From the IMG/VR virus record IMGVR_UViG_3300042882_000899, positions 32,001 to 96,000 of that record: 64,000 nt of DNA. One strand, given 5' to 3'. This DNA is from a virus. Both the position numbers and the translations under genes were made by a program. Positions 25,769 to 36,877 of this stretch are shown piece by piece (the first letter of the stretch is position 1; every line of letters begins with the position of its first letter). The notes under the pieces are model-generated. The model was not told the DNA's origin. It did no database searches and was given only the letters and a program-made list of their open reading frames with translations.

Positions 25769-26329
25769 CTAATTTTTAGATGGAAACTTGTCTAACCACT
25801 CTTTTGTTCGAGGAGTCAAACCTTTCCATGACGACCAATTTTGACCGCCATTGGTCATGTAATACGTTATCTCTGCGTTGATTGCTGGATCAAATAACGA
25901 ATAGTTACTATCCAGTTTGAATTTTTCTTTACGATCATCACCTAGGTTGCCCAGCATGTTGATCTGAAAAATTCCATAGGAACTGTCTCCAGTTTTCCTG
26001 TTGCCGTTATAAGCCATTGGGCGTCCATTAGACTCCTTTTTAGCTACAGCCCACGCCATTTTAAGGGCGCTACCCTCAAAGCCTACAGCCTTGAGAAGTT
26101 CAACCAATTCTTTGTCCGTTAAAGATTCAGATGGTTTCCACACAGTATTGCTGAATTCCTCCAGCTTTTCCTTGTTAAGTTGTGCTTCGGTTTTTACATC
26201 TGGTTTTACAACCAGAGCAGACGCAGATTGAATTACTTCTGTTTGACCAGTAAATAAAAACAACACTGCTACTGATATTGCAACGTAGTGATGTAGAACA
26301 TCGCTAAGTTTTTCTTTTATATTCTCCAT
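25769..26329 (-). CDS. lytic transglycosylase (SLT/lysozyme-like) with N-terminal signal anchor
   Basis: A.AVA..ES.G, SYGIFQIN, L.DP..NA, W..W; GGAGG SD before the ATG at 26329. Confidence 0.85.
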   Translation of the reverse strand: MENIKEKLSDVLHHYVAISVAVLFLFTGQTEVIQSASALVVKPDVKTEAQLNKEKLEEFSNTVWKPSESLTDKELVELLKAVGFEGSALKMAWAVAKKESNGRPMAYNGNRKTGDSSYGIFQINMLGNLGDDRKEKFKLDSNYSLFDPAINAEITYYMTNGGQNWSSWKGLTPRTKEWLDKFPSKN

Positions 26330-26541
26330 AGGCATTTCCTCCAATAGAGATAACGAGCTATAAGAATACCATTAAAAACTTTAATCTGTCAACTTAAAAA
26401 ATATTTTATTTTATTCTAGTTAACTAATAAATATGGCTATTTTTATGTATTATTTATAAAGTCTTCACTTTCGTAAGAAACTTTGATAGAATAGGACTCT
26501 ATCAAATTAAATTTAACCGCTAAGCGGAGAAAAGGTCATAC

Positions 26542-28476
26542 ATGTCAAATACCATTGCAAACCCATACGAAAATTTTATTGCTTTATCACGTTACGCTAG
26601 ATGGATTCCAGAAGAGAACCGTCGTGAAACGTGGGGTGAGACGGTAGATAGATATTTTGACTTTATGCTAAACCATCTTAGAGAAAATCACAATTACATT
26701 CCAACTGAAAAGCTTGTAGCGGAATTAAAAGACGGTGTATTCAAAAGAAACGTAATGCCCTCTATGCGCTCCGTTATGACTTCAGGAGCAGCACTAGAAA
26801 GAGATAATGTTGCAGGATACAATTGTTCATTTGTCCCAGTTGATTCTCCAAGATCTTTTGATGAAACTATGTATATTCTTATGTGTGGAACAGGTGTTGG
26901 TTTTTCTGTTGAATACAAGTATGTTAACAAACTTCCTTCCGTTCCAGAAACATTTGAAAAATCTACAACAGTTATTACAGTAGAAGATTCAAAGCAAGGT
27001 TGGGCAAAAGCCTACCGTGAACTTCTTGCACTGCTTTGGTCAGGACAAATTCCAGCAATTGATGTTTCAAAGGTTAGACCAGCGGGTGCACGTTTAAAAA
27101 CAATGGGCGGAAGATCTTCAGGTCCTCAGCCACTAGTCAATCTTTTTGATTTTACAATTGCAAAGTTTAAAGCAGCAGCAGGCCGAAATTTAAAGCCAAT
27201 TGAGGCGCATGACATTATGTGCAAGATTGGTGAAGTTGTTGTTGTTGGCGGAGTTCGCCGATCAGCTATGATTTCTCTTTCAAACATTAACGATATTGAA
27301 ATGGCTGCAGCCAAGTCAGGAAACTGGTGGGAAAACAATACACAACGTGCTCTTTCAAATAACTCTGTAGCTTATTCTCGTAAGCCAGACATGGAGCAAT
27401 TTATTGCAGAATGGAAATCACTTTATGATTCAAAATCAGGAGAGCGTGGAATATACAATGTTGCAGCAGCTCAAAAACAAGCCTCAAAGTATGGACGAAG
27501 AGATCCAGAAATTCATTATGGAACAAACCCCTGTTCAGAAATTATTTTACGCCCCTATCAATTTTGTAATCTTTCAGAAGTCGTACTACGTGAAAGCGAT
27601 ACAAAGAAGGATATTGAGCGCAAAGTTGAGCTCGCAACAATCCTTGGAACATGGCAAGCAACATTAACAGATTTTAAGTACCTTAGAAAAATCTGGAAAG
27701 ACAATACAGAAGAGGAAAGACTTTTAGGGGTTTCTCTTACTGGACAATTCGGTCATAAATTTATGTCTGGTAAAGAAGATATCATTGCCCTAGAGTCTTT
27801 TCTAATGTCTATGCGTGAAAAAGCTAGGGATACAAATAAAGAAGAGGCTGCTAAAATAGGTATTCCAGAGTCAGCAGCAATTACATGCGTAAAACCTTCT
27901 GGAACTGTTTCACAGCTTGTAGGAGTATCTTCAGGCATGCATCCTTGGCATTCACCATATTACATTCGCACAGTTCGTGGATCCAAAGGCGACCCAATTT
28001 CTGTTTTCTTAAAAGAAGTTGGAATCCCAGTAGAAGATGATGTTATGAAACCAAATGAAACTTATGTTTTTTCATTTCCAGTAAAAGCCCCAGAAGGTGC
28101 AATTGTAAGAAGTGATTTAACTGCATTAGATCACCTAAACACTTGGTTGGTGTATCAACGTGCATGGTGCGAGCACAAGCCGTCTATTACAGTTTCTGTA
28201 AAAGAAGACGAGTGGATGGAAGTTGGTGCGTGGGTCTACAAACACTTCGATGAAGTTTCAGGTATATCATTCTTACCTCATTCAGATCACACCTACAAAC
28301 AAGCCCCTTACCAGGAGGTAACTAAAGAAGAGTACGAAACCCTTGTTGCAAAAATGCCTAAGCAAATTAGGTGGGAAGATTTATCTTTTTATGAAACAAA
28401 AGACGGAACTTCTGTAAATGCAACACTTGCATGCAGCTCTGATGGAAATTGCGAATTGGTAGATATTAGCGCATAG
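26542..28476 (+). CDS. nrdJ: adenosylcobalamin-dependent class II ribonucleotide reductase
   Basis: GYNC, GTGVG, GGVRRSA, TNPCSE, CNL, VKPSGT, C-terminal ACSSDGNC. Confidence 0.93.
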   Translation: MSNTIANPYENFIALSRYARWIPEENRRETWGETVDRYFDFMLNHLRENHNYIPTEKLVAELKDGVFKRNVMPSMRSVMTSGAALERDNVAGYNCSFVPVDSPRSFDETMYILMCGTGVGFSVEYKYVNKLPSVPETFEKSTTVITVEDSKQGWAKAYRELLALLWSGQIPAIDVSKVRPAGARLKTMGGRSSGPQPLVNLFDFTIAKFKAAAGRNLKPIEAHDIMCKIGEVVVVGGVRRSAMISLSNINDIEMAAAKSGNWWENNTQRALSNNSVAYSRKPDMEQFIAEWKSLYDSKSGERGIYNVAAAQKQASKYGRRDPEIHYGTNPCSEIILRPYQFCNLSEVVLRESDTKKDIERKVELATILGTWQATLTDFKYLRKIWKDNTEEERLLGVSLTGQFGHKFMSGKEDIIALESFLMSMREKARDTNKEEAAKIGIPESAAITCVKPSGTVSQLVGVSSGMHPWHSPYYIRTVRGSKGDPISVFLKEVGIPVEDDVMKPNETYVFSFPVKAPEGAIVRSDLTALDHLNTWLVYQRAWCEHKPSITVSVKEDEWMEVGAWVYKHFDEVSGISFLPHSDHTYKQAPYQEVTKEEYETLVAKMPKQIRWEDLSFYETKDGTSVNATLACSSDGNCELVDISA

Positions 28477-28546
28477 TGGTACAATAATATAATTGGGCTA
28501 AAACCCAAAATTCCTAGGCAACCCGCCTAGAAATAAGGAGGATCTA

Positions 28547-28771
28547 ATGAAACAAGATCTTAATGGAGATGGAAAGGTTACAATGCAGGAGAAGATTCTA
28601 GCAGCACTAGCAAGTTACGGACGTCATTTTCTAGGAGCAGCAATTGCCCTATACATGACTGGCAACACTAGTCCAAGAGACCTACTGTTGGGCGGATTTG
28701 CTGCCACAGCACCCGTAATTTTGAAAGCGCTCAACCCAAATGAGCCATCGTTCGGCTTCACAAACAAGTAA
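28547..28771 (+). CDS. small holin-like membrane protein with EF-hand-like N-terminus
   Basis: DLNGDGKV, two hydrophobic helices, LNP....FG. Confidence 0.55.
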   Translation: MKQDLNGDGKVTMQEKILAALASYGRHFLGAAIALYMTGNTSPRDLLLGGFAATAPVILKALNPNEPSFGFTNK

Positions 28772-28846
28772 GCAAAAATAGTCAATTAAGAATACTCCTG
28801 TGCTAAAATTAGTACAGGAGTATTCCTATTTAGGAGACTATGGCAA

Positions 28847-29194
28847 ATGGCAGGACAAAAGAATTTCGAAGTAGATCAAAACGCAACATTTAGCTTTGTA
28901 GTAGAATATAAAGACGAAAGTGATAATGCCATTGATCTGAGTGGCGCATCTGCAAAAATGCAAATCCGTGATACAAAAGGCGGAACTAAATTAGCCGTCA
29001 CATTAACATCACCTTCAGGCGGCATTACAATTGATGGACCAAATGGTAAATTAACTGTAAAGATGACACCAACACAAACTAGCAAAATCTTTTATCCTAA
29101 ATCATCTTATGATGTAATGGTTATAGATTCTAATGGGAATAAAATAAAACTCCTTGAGGGTTTCATGACCCTAAATAGATCGGTAACTATATAA
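28847..29194 (+). CDS. virion structural protein (BppU-N-like)
   Basis: DQ.ATF, DLSG.SAKMQIR, YD, LLEG. Confidence 0.6.
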   Translation: MAGQKNFEVDQNATFSFVVEYKDESDNAIDLSGASAKMQIRDTKGGTKLAVTLTSPSGGITIDGPNGKLTVKMTPTQTSKIFYPKSSYDVMVIDSNGNKIKLLEGFMTLNRSVTI

Positions 29195-29634
29195 TGGTTG
29201 AATCAGTAGTTGTCAGAGAACAAATAAATAAAATTGTAGTATCTTCTCCAGGTCCGCAAGGACCAAGAGGAAGAACAATTCTAAATGGATCTGGAGATCC
29301 TTCAGCAAATTTAGGACTCACAGGAGATTTTTATTTTGATAATCTTTCAGCAGCTTTTCATGGACCAAAACTTTCTGATCAATCGTGGTCAGGATCTAGC
29401 AAAATATTTTTAACAAATAACACTTTAGCTTATTCATGGGAGCTTGCTCAAGTAACTGGGCCATCCCAAGGAGTTTACTCTGTTGTTATTTCTCATGGAC
29501 TTGGTTATCAACCAAATGTTACAGTTAAGTCAAGTGCTGGAGATATTTTGGAAACTGGAATAGACTACAATAGTACTAATCAAATAACACTGACTATGGC
29601 TCAACCATTTTCAGGGACAGCATACCTGTCATAA
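29194..29634 (+). CDS. virion fibre-associated protein
   Basis: GPQGPRG, G.P....G..GDFY, H.LGYQP.V. Confidence 0.6.
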   Translation: MVESVVVREQINKIVVSSPGPQGPRGRTILNGSGDPSANLGLTGDFYFDNLSAAFHGPKLSDQSWSGSSKIFLTNNTLAYSWELAQVTGPSQGVYSVVISHGLGYQPNVTVKSSAGDILETGIDYNSTNQITLTMAQPFSGTAYLS

Positions 29635-29645
29635 GGAGATAGCAA

Positions 29646-30926
29646 ATGGCAAGAAAATTTTTAGTTAGCGTTGATCTCAACAAGAATGAGTTGCTCAATG
29701 CTAGAATCCAAAACTTAGGCGCAGCGCCTTCAAATCCAGTATCTGGTCAAATATACTACAACACTGGAACAAATGTTCTTTACTTCTACAATGGTACAGA
29801 GTGGACACCAGCTTCTGGTTCTACTGAAGTAATTCAAGACCTCATTGGTTCTTCTGTAATAGGGGGAACAGGGTTAACATCAACATATGATGATGCAGCA
29901 GGAACAACAACTTTAAAATTAAATGATACATCAGTTACAACTGGATCTTATGGTTCACAAACAAAAATTCCTACATTTACAGTAGATCAGCAAGGTAGAC
30001 TAACTGCAGCTGGCGAAGTTGATGTAGCAACAGAGCTTGGAATAACTGGAGATACTGGAACTACATCTATTTCGTTACTAACAGAAGGATTAACAGTATC
30101 TGGCGGAGAAGGAATTGATGTAGCAGTAACAAATAACACAATTACAGTTTCTGCAGAAGATGCAACATATACAAATAAAGGCGTAGCATCATTTGATTCA
30201 ACAGACTTTACAGTAACAGCAGGAGCTGTGTCCCTAAATAAAGATCCAGTAATTACTCTTTCAGGAGATGTAACTGGTTCTGCAACAATGACCAATCTTG
30301 GCGATGTAACTATTTCAACTACAATTGAGCCAAACTCTGTTGCATTGGGAACAGATACAACTGGAAGCTATGTTTCAACAATCACTGGAACAACTGGAGA
30401 AATTACAGTATCTGGATCTGGATCAGAATCAGCGGCAGTAACAATTGGTTTGCCAGACGATGTAACAATTGCTGGTGACTTAACAATTAATGGAAACCTC
30501 GACGTACAAGGATCTATCAACTCTATAAGCACAACAGAAGTTAATATTGTTGATAACAAAGTTGTTCTTAACACAAACGTTACTGGAGCTCCATCAGCAG
30601 ATGCTGGGCTAAAAGTAAATCGTGGAACCTCAGCAGACGTAGAGCTTCTATGGAATGAAACGGCAGACCAGTGGACATTAACAAATGATGGCACAAGCTA
30701 TCATGAAATAACAAGAAAGTATAAGACTACACTAAACACATCAGCAACATCTTATACTGTAACCCATAATTTAGGTACAAAAGATACAGTAGTTTCTATA
30801 TATGAAGTTGCTTCCCCATTTGCAGAAGTACTTGCAGATGTTGAGCATACATCAGATTCAGATATAACTATTAAATTTGCAGTTGCACCAACAGCTGGAG
30901 AATATAGAGTAGTTGTAATAGGGTAA
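29646..30926 (+). CDS. tail fibre-like protein
   Basis: Thr/Gly-rich beta repeats; AGL.V.RG...LLWNE; THNLGT C-terminal domain. Confidence 0.7.
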   Translation: MARKFLVSVDLNKNELLNARIQNLGAAPSNPVSGQIYYNTGTNVLYFYNGTEWTPASGSTEVIQDLIGSSVIGGTGLTSTYDDAAGTTTLKLNDTSVTTGSYGSQTKIPTFTVDQQGRLTAAGEVDVATELGITGDTGTTSISLLTEGLTVSGGEGIDVAVTNNTITVSAEDATYTNKGVASFDSTDFTVTAGAVSLNKDPVITLSGDVTGSATMTNLGDVTISTTIEPNSVALGTDTTGSYVSTITGTTGEITVSGSGSESAAVTIGLPDDVTIAGDLTINGNLDVQGSINSISTTEVNIVDNKVVLNTNVTGAPSADAGLKVNRGTSADVELLWNETADQWTLTNDGTSYHEITRKYKTTLNTSATSYTVTHNLGTKDTVVSIYEVASPFAEVLADVEHTSDSDITIKFAVAPTAGEYRVVVIG

Positions 30927-30935
30927 GGATTTCAA

Positions 30936-31310
30936 ATGGCTAAAAAGTTTAAGTCCTTACTCAATCTACTTACACTTACAGAAGACCCTATTGTAGGATC
31001 ATCTGGAGATGTATACTTCAATGTTACAAGTAAAAATATTAAGATATACAATGGCAGTATTTGGGTTGACTTAACACCAGCTTCTGATGATCCCGCCCCA
31101 TTTTACATGCACACACATTCTTACGATGGAAATGTTCACACAGTTAACTTAAATGAAACTGTATATTTTGATAATTTAAATCAAAATGTTGGCGTTGAAG
31201 AAACGGTTCCTGCTATAATTGGCATAGACGGTGGTTCTCCAACATCATCGTATGTAGACGCAAGCTATAAGCAATTAACATTGTTGGATGGAGGCCAAAT
31301 TGGCGACTAA
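30936..31310 (+). CDS. virion accessory protein
   Basis: G.VYFN.....KIYNG..W; DGG motifs. Confidence 0.6.
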   Translation: MAKKFKSLLNLLTLTEDPIVGSSGDVYFNVTSKNIKIYNGSIWVDLTPASDDPAPFYMHTHSYDGNVHTVNLNETVYFDNLNQNVGVEETVPAIIGIDGGSPTSSYVDASYKQLTLLDGGQIGD

Positions 31311-31851
31311 TTACCCTACATCAAAAGATAATCTTAGCAACCCTGCCGCAAGCGAATCAATGGAAGGCCATGCAGAGTTGCATGGTAATGTAAATGATGC
31401 GATTGAAGCAATTGAAAACAAACTTGGTGTAAACGGATCAACAGATACAAATTCAATAGATTACAAAGTAACTCAGCTTGAGTCATCATTAGCAATCCTT
31501 GATTCAGAAAATGCATCAGAGCTTTTAGGACTTGACGGAAACAATGATTTAACTATAGACGGCATAGAAAACAAAACTGCTATAGATTCATTTTCAAAGA
31601 CAGTATACAAAACAGCTAAATACTCACTACAGATTCATAAATCTGTTGGGAACCTAACATCCACATCAACCATACTTTTGTTAAACGATGGAAATGATTT
31701 TTACATATCAGAATCAGATATAGTATCAAACACAGATTTATCTTTAGCTACAGTTACTTTTGAAGAAAATAACGGTATAATAAGTTTATGCGTAACTCCT
31801 GTTTCAGGATCAATAAAAGTAAGATATTTTAGAACAGCACTAAAAGCATAA
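31300..31851 (+). CDS. virion accessory protein
   Basis: TNYP.S.D, H..VNDAIEAIE.KLG; likely TTG start after GGAGG. Confidence 0.6.
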   Translation: MATNYPTSKDNLSNPAASESMEGHAELHGNVNDAIEAIENKLGVNGSTDTNSIDYKVTQLESSLAILDSENASELLGLDGNNDLTIDGIENKTAIDSFSKTVYKTAKYSLQIHKSVGNLTSTSTILLLNDGNDFYISESDIVSNTDLSLATVTFEENNGIISLCVTPVSGSIKVRYFRTALKA

Positions 31852-31885
31852 AAGTATAAAAAAGCAGTAAAAGGGAGTCATATCA

Positions 31886-33463
31886 ATGGCAACAGTAAAT
31901 AAAAACTTTAGAATTAAAAATGGTCTTATCGTTGAGGGTGCTACCGCTACCGTTAACGGTTTTGGTGTATTAACCAAGGCTCAGGCAGACCAAGACTACA
32001 TTGTTGGTCTTATTGGTGGTACATCAACTTCAGCCAATACAGCAAATACTGTAGTAAAGCGTGACGCTAACGGAAACTTTGCCGCAGGAACAATTACTGC
32101 TACATTTGTTGGTAACCTTACTGGTGACGTAACAGGTACAGTTTCAAGTCTTTCAAACCACGATACAGGAGACCTTGCAGAAGGAACTAACCTTTACTTT
32201 ACAAATGATCGTGCAATAAGCGCAACAGCCGCATCATACGATGCAGCAGGCTCAGCAGCATCAGCTCAGTCAGCAGCAATTACTGCAGCAGCAACAGATG
32301 CAACTACTAAGGTAGCAGCAGAAGCAGCACTTAGAGTATCAGGCGACGCAGCTTCAGTATCAACCGCAGCAGCAGATGCAACATCTAAGGCAGATGCAGC
32401 CCAGGCAGCAGCAATCTCAGCAGCAGCAGCAGATGCAACATCTAAAGCAGATGCAGCCCAGGCAGCAGCAATCTCAGCAGCAGCAACAGACGCTACTACA
32501 AAGGCTAACGCAGCTCAGGCAGCAGCAATCTCAGCAGCAGCAACAGACGCTACTACAAAGGCTAACGCAGCACAAGCAGCAGCAATCTCAGCAGCAGCAG
32601 AAGCAGCTGGAACAGCAATTGCAACCGCAGTAGACGGTCTTGTTGACGGAGCACCAGCACTTCTTAATACATTAAATGAATTGGCAGCAGCAATTAATGA
32701 TGATGCTAATTACACAACAACTATTACAACAGCTCTAGGAACAAAAGCACCACTTGCTTCACCAGAACTTACTGGTGTACCTACAGCACCGACTGCAGCA
32801 GCAGATACTAATACAACTCAAATTGCTACAACAGCATTTGCTAAGGCAGAAGCAGACGCAGCTCAGGCAGCAGCAGAAGCAACTGCAGCATCAGATGCAA
32901 CTACTAAGGTAGCAGCAGAAGCAGCACTTAGAGTATTAGGCGACGCAGCTTCAGTATCAACCGCAGCAGCAGATGCAACATCTAAGGCAGATGCAGCTCA
33001 AGCAGCAGCAATATCAGCAGCAGCAACTGATGCCACTACAAAGGCTAACGCAGCTCAAGCAGCAGCAGAATCCACAGCGGCAGCAGCTAATACAGCTCAG
33101 CAAAATGGAACTACATCATTTACAGCAATTAATTACAACGATGTCGCTAAGCAAGTTGCGGCAACAACTGGAAATATTGCGGTAGCAGCAGAAACAACAG
33201 CTATCTCATGGGTGGCAGCAGATTACAGAAGCGCTAAGTTTGTAGTCAAGGTAAAAAATGGTGTACATACTCAGGTCTCAGACCTAGTAGTTACCCTTGA
33301 TACAGCTAACAACGTAGCAGTTTCTGAATATGGAATTACATATTCAAACGGAACAGAACTAGCTGCAGTAACAGCAGATTACTCTGGATCAGATGTAAGA
33401 ATTAGAGTAACTCCAGCAAACGCTAACACAGAAGTTGTCGTTGTTGGAACATTAATTAAATAA
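31886..33463 (+). CDS. tail fibre-like protein with Ala-rich repeats
   Basis: (AAQAAAISAAATDATTKA)n; APALLNTLNELAAA; PTAPTA....TQIATT. Confidence 0.75.
   Translation: MATVNKNFRIKNGLIVEGATATVNGFGVLTKAQADQDYIVGLIGGTSTSANTANTVVKRDANGNFAAGTITATFVGNLTGDVTGTVSSLSNHDTGDLAEGTNLYFTNDRAISATAASYDAAGSAASAQSAAITAAATDATTKVAAEAALRVSGDAASVSTAAADATSKADAAQAAAISAAAADATSKADAAQAAAISAAATDATTKANAAQAAAISAAATDATTKANAAQAAAISAAAEAAGTAIATAVDGLVDGAPALLNTLNELAAAINDDANYTTTITTALGTKAPLASPELTGVPTAPTAAADTNTTQIATTAFAKAEADAAQAAAEATAASDATTKVAAEAALRVLGDAASVSTAAADATSKADAAQAAAISAAATDATTKANAAQAAAESTAAAANTAQQNGTTSFTAINYNDVAKQVAATTGNIAVAAETTAISWVAADYRSAKFVVKVKNGVHTQVSDLVVTLDTANNVAVSEYGITYSNGTELAAVTADYSGSDVRIRVTPANANTEVVVVGTLIK
32265..33070 (+). 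repeat. tandem and dispersed coding repeats (57-bp unit; ~110-bp block duplicated at ~32295 and ~32893)
   Basis: Direct inspection. Confidence 0.8.
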
Positions 33464-33532
33464 TTAAATAAGAAGGTTATGGGGTTCCTTTTAAAAACCC
33501 CACCAAAACACTTAGGGGATATGTGAACTTAA

Positions 33533-33898
33533 ATGGCAACAGAGAATAAGAATTTTAAAGTAAAGAACGGACTCAATGTAGCAGGTACTGCCACATTTGA
33601 GTCTAACGTTGTTTTAGGAGAAACACCCCTTAGATTTGATACAACAACAAATAAGCTTCAAATTCAGCTAAATGGAACATGGGTTCCAATAGCTTTTAAT
33701 TCAGAAATTCCAGATCCATCCACTCAAATTGGGTTTATGGATATTGGCTTGGCTATAGACTATAATGGTCAGCCAATATATACGCTTCAAGCAAATGGAG
33801 TCAGCCCTGCTGGAACAAGCAAGTTTGTAGATGGCGGATCTCCAACATCAACAGATGCAGATATCTCAATAATATTTGATTCTGGAGTTATATCTTAA
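33533..33898 (+). CDS. virion accessory protein
   Basis: MAT.NKNF.VKNGL N-terminus shared with 31886. Confidence 0.65.
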   Translation: MATENKNFKVKNGLNVAGTATFESNVVLGETPLRFDTTTNKLQIQLNGTWVPIAFNSEIPDPSTQIGFMDIGLAIDYNGQPIYTLQANGVSPAGTSKFVDGGSPTSTDADISIIFDSGVIS

Positions 33899-33951
33899 AG
33901 CAATAAATGATACAATAAGCAGTATAAATAAAATATATAAGGGGTAATAAA

Positions 33952-36855
33952 ATGGCAACAGTAAGATTGCAGTTAAGAAGAGGCACAGCTTCACAATGGA
34001 CCTCAGCAAATCCAATTTTGGCAGCAGGAGAGCTTGGAGTTGAGTCAGATACTAACCTCTTTAAGTTTGGTAACGGTTCAACAACTTGGACAGCTCTAGC
34101 TTATGCAAATAACTCAGATGTAGCGATTGGTGAAATCTCCCAAGACGCAATTAATAATGCCCTATCTATGGGCGCAGGTCTTTCAAAGACGTATGATGAC
34201 GGCGCAAATACAATTACAATTACAGTAGATTCAACAATTGCAACAAAAACATACGCAGATGATGCTGTTACAGCACATCAAAATGATACAACATCTGTAC
34301 ACGGAATAACTAACACAGAAGATATTGTGTACTTGACAGGCGCTCAAACCCTTAGCGGAAAAACACTTTCTAACGTTGTATTGAGTGGAACACCTACAGC
34401 TCCTACTCAAGCTGCAAACGATAACTCTACTAAAATTGCAACAACAGAATATGTGCAAACAGAGCTTGCTGATCTTATAGGCACAGCCCCAGCTTTGCTA
34501 GATACACTTGGCGAATTGTCAGACGCACTTAACGATAATGAAAACTATGCAGCAGCAATGACATCAACAATCACAGGTATCAACAACAGCTTGGCAACTA
34601 AATTACCTACAACAGATTTTACCGCACACCTTACTGATACAACAGATGTCCATGGAATTTCAGACACAGCAAATCTAGTTTATACATCTGACTCAAGACT
34701 TTCAGATAACAGAACTCCAGTAAATGGATCTGTAGTAGCAGCATCAATGGCAACAGATTCAATAACAACACAAAGCATTACAGATGCCGCCGTAACAGGA
34801 CAAAAAATTGCAGACGATGCAGTAACTGCAGCTAAAATTGCTGCTTCAGCAGTTGGAACTTCAGAGATTGCAGACGATGCAGTAACTGCAGATAAGATTG
34901 CCACAGGGTCAGTTGGTTCTTCAGAGATTGCATCAAATGCTGTCGGTTCAGACCACATTGCAGCATCTGCAGTTGGAACTTCAGAGATTGCAGACGATGC
35001 AGTAACTGCAGATAAAATTGCTGCCTCAGCAGTTGGAACTTCAGAGATTGCAGATTATGCAGTAACTGCAACTAAGATTGCCACAGGGTCAGTTGGTTCT
35101 TCAGAGATTGCATCAAATGCTGTCGGTTCAGACCACATTGCAGCATCTGCAGTTGGAACTTCAGAGATTGCAGACCTAAATATTACAACAGCAAAGATTA
35201 ACGATTCAGCAGTTACAGAAGGCAAAATTGCAGGACTGGCAGTTACAGAAGGCAAAATTGCAGATGGCTCAGTATCTACTGTTAAAATTGCAGATTCTGC
35301 AGTAACTTCAGGGAAAATTGCAAACGGAACAATTGTTGATGCAGACATAAATGCAACAGCAGCAATTGCAATAACAAAAATTGACGGGCTTGGAACATCA
35401 CTTGATTCTAAGTTAGCTTCATCAACTGCAGCTTCAACATACGCTCCAATTGCTAGCCCAACATTTACTGGAACAGTTTCTGGTGTTACTAAATCTCACG
35501 TAGGTCTTGGAAATGTTGATAACACAGCAGATGCAGATAAGCCAGTTTCAACAGCTACACAAACTGCACTTGATCTAAAGTCACCACTTGCTTCACCAAC
35601 ATTTACGGGTACTGTAACAACAGGACATGTTCTACCAGCAACAGACATTACATTTGACTTAGGCTCCCCTACTAAAATGTGGAGAGATATTTATGTCGGA
35701 CCAGGATCCCTGTACGTTAACGGACAAAAAGTTCTTCAAACTGACGCAGGTGACGTTGTCATTACTGCCGACGCTAATGAAAACTTGGCATTAAGAACTA
35801 GCGGAAGTGGTAACATTGAACTAGATCCAACAGGTGCTGGTACTGTAAGTATAAAAGGACCAATGGTTATTGAGGCATCAGCTAACATAACAAGCGCAGA
35901 TGGCAACGGAATTAACTTTGGAAGCACAGTTAATGTTGATGCCATTACAAGCAAAACCTTAAATACAGACTTATCGCTATCAGGAAATGGTACAGGAAAA
36001 GTTTACCTTAATGATAACGCAGAAGTAAATGGAAACCTTGTTGTTGGTGGAAACCTAACAGTAAGCGGAACAACTACAACTGTTAACAGCGAAACAATTT
36101 CTTTAGCTGACAACATTATTGACTTAAACAGCAACTTTACTACTGGAACTCCAACAGAGAATGCAGGAATAAAAATTAAGCGTGGAGATTCTTCTGATGT
36201 TCAAATACGTTGGAATGAATCTACTGATAAGTGGGAGTTTACAAATGACGGAACAAACTATTATTCAGTAGCAGGTCTTGAATCACCAACATTTACAGGT
36301 ACTGTATCTGGTGTTACAAAGACAATGGTAGGTCTTGGAAATGTTGATAACACAGCAGACACAGCCAAGCCAGTTTCAACAGCTACACAAACTGCACTTG
36401 ATGCAAAACTTGCTTCTGCAACAGCAGCAACAACTTATGCGCCAATTGCTTCACCAACTTTTACTGGAACAGTAACAGTTGCTGCAGCAGGAGTGGCATT
36501 TACAGATAAGACACAGACAAAGGCTGGCGTACCATCACTTACAACAATTGGAACAACTGTTTCGTCAAACACTACACTTGATCTACTTGGAACAGACGCA
36601 GCAGTTCGGGATTCATTAATTCCACTGTCTGGTGCAGTAAATATTAACTTTGAAGCAACAGGAAATGCAAAGTATTCAATCGGCTCTTCAATAAGCTTCT
36701 ATCAGTCTTCAAGTACTGGTGCAAATATAACTGGAACTGGTGGAATAACAGTTCTTTCAACTCCAGGCGCAACATTAAGAGCACTAAATTCATCAGTAAC
36801 AGCAACAAAAATTGCAGCTACAACCTGGTTGTTAGCTGGAGACTTGAAGGCATAA
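33952..36855 (+). CDS. long tail fibre protein (MTD/hyaluronidase-like N-terminus)
   Basis: LRRGTASQW...NP.LA.GE.G.E.DT..FK.G.G...W; (AVT..KIA) repeats; VGLGNVDNT. Confidence 0.8.
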   Translation: MATVRLQLRRGTASQWTSANPILAAGELGVESDTNLFKFGNGSTTWTALAYANNSDVAIGEISQDAINNALSMGAGLSKTYDDGANTITITVDSTIATKTYADDAVTAHQNDTTSVHGITNTEDIVYLTGAQTLSGKTLSNVVLSGTPTAPTQAANDNSTKIATTEYVQTELADLIGTAPALLDTLGELSDALNDNENYAAAMTSTITGINNSLATKLPTTDFTAHLTDTTDVHGISDTANLVYTSDSRLSDNRTPVNGSVVAASMATDSITTQSITDAAVTGQKIADDAVTAAKIAASAVGTSEIADDAVTADKIATGSVGSSEIASNAVGSDHIAASAVGTSEIADDAVTADKIAASAVGTSEIADYAVTATKIATGSVGSSEIASNAVGSDHIAASAVGTSEIADLNITTAKINDSAVTEGKIAGLAVTEGKIADGSVSTVKIADSAVTSGKIANGTIVDADINATAAIAITKIDGLGTSLDSKLASSTAASTYAPIASPTFTGTVSGVTKSHVGLGNVDNTADADKPVSTATQTALDLKSPLASPTFTGTVTTGHVLPATDITFDLGSPTKMWRDIYVGPGSLYVNGQKVLQTDAGDVVITADANENLALRTSGSGNIELDPTGAGTVSIKGPMVIEASANITSADGNGINFGSTVNVDAITSKTLNTDLSLSGNGTGKVYLNDNAEVNGNLVVGGNLTVSGTTTTVNSETISLADNIIDLNSNFTTGTPTENAGIKIKRGDSSDVQIRWNESTDKWEFTNDGTNYYSVAGLESPTFTGTVSGVTKTMVGLGNVDNTADTAKPVSTATQTALDAKLASATAATTYAPIASPTFTGTVTVAAAGVAFTDKTQTKAGVPSLTTIGTTVSSNTTLDLLGTDAAVRDSLIPLSGAVNINFEATGNAKYSIGSSISFYQSSSTGANITGTGGITVLSTPGATLRALNSSVTATKIAATTWLLAGDLKA
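34805..35175 (+). repeat. 30/60/180-bp coding tandem repeats (SAVGTSEIAD/DAVTADKIA)
   Basis: Direct inspection. Confidence 0.85.
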
Positions 36856-36877
36856 TTAAGGGAAATAGGAGAATAAA

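Noticed and set aside
26345-26541. Riboswitch (c-di-AMP/cobalamin) or NrdR box between the transglycosylase and nrdJ
   Set aside because: The AT-rich gap shows no recognisable aptamer core or NrdR palindrome
32376-33185. Poly-Q ORFs, and the SLAHRSSHLA ORF at 37449-37763
   Set aside because: Alternate-frame shadows of repeat-coding genes
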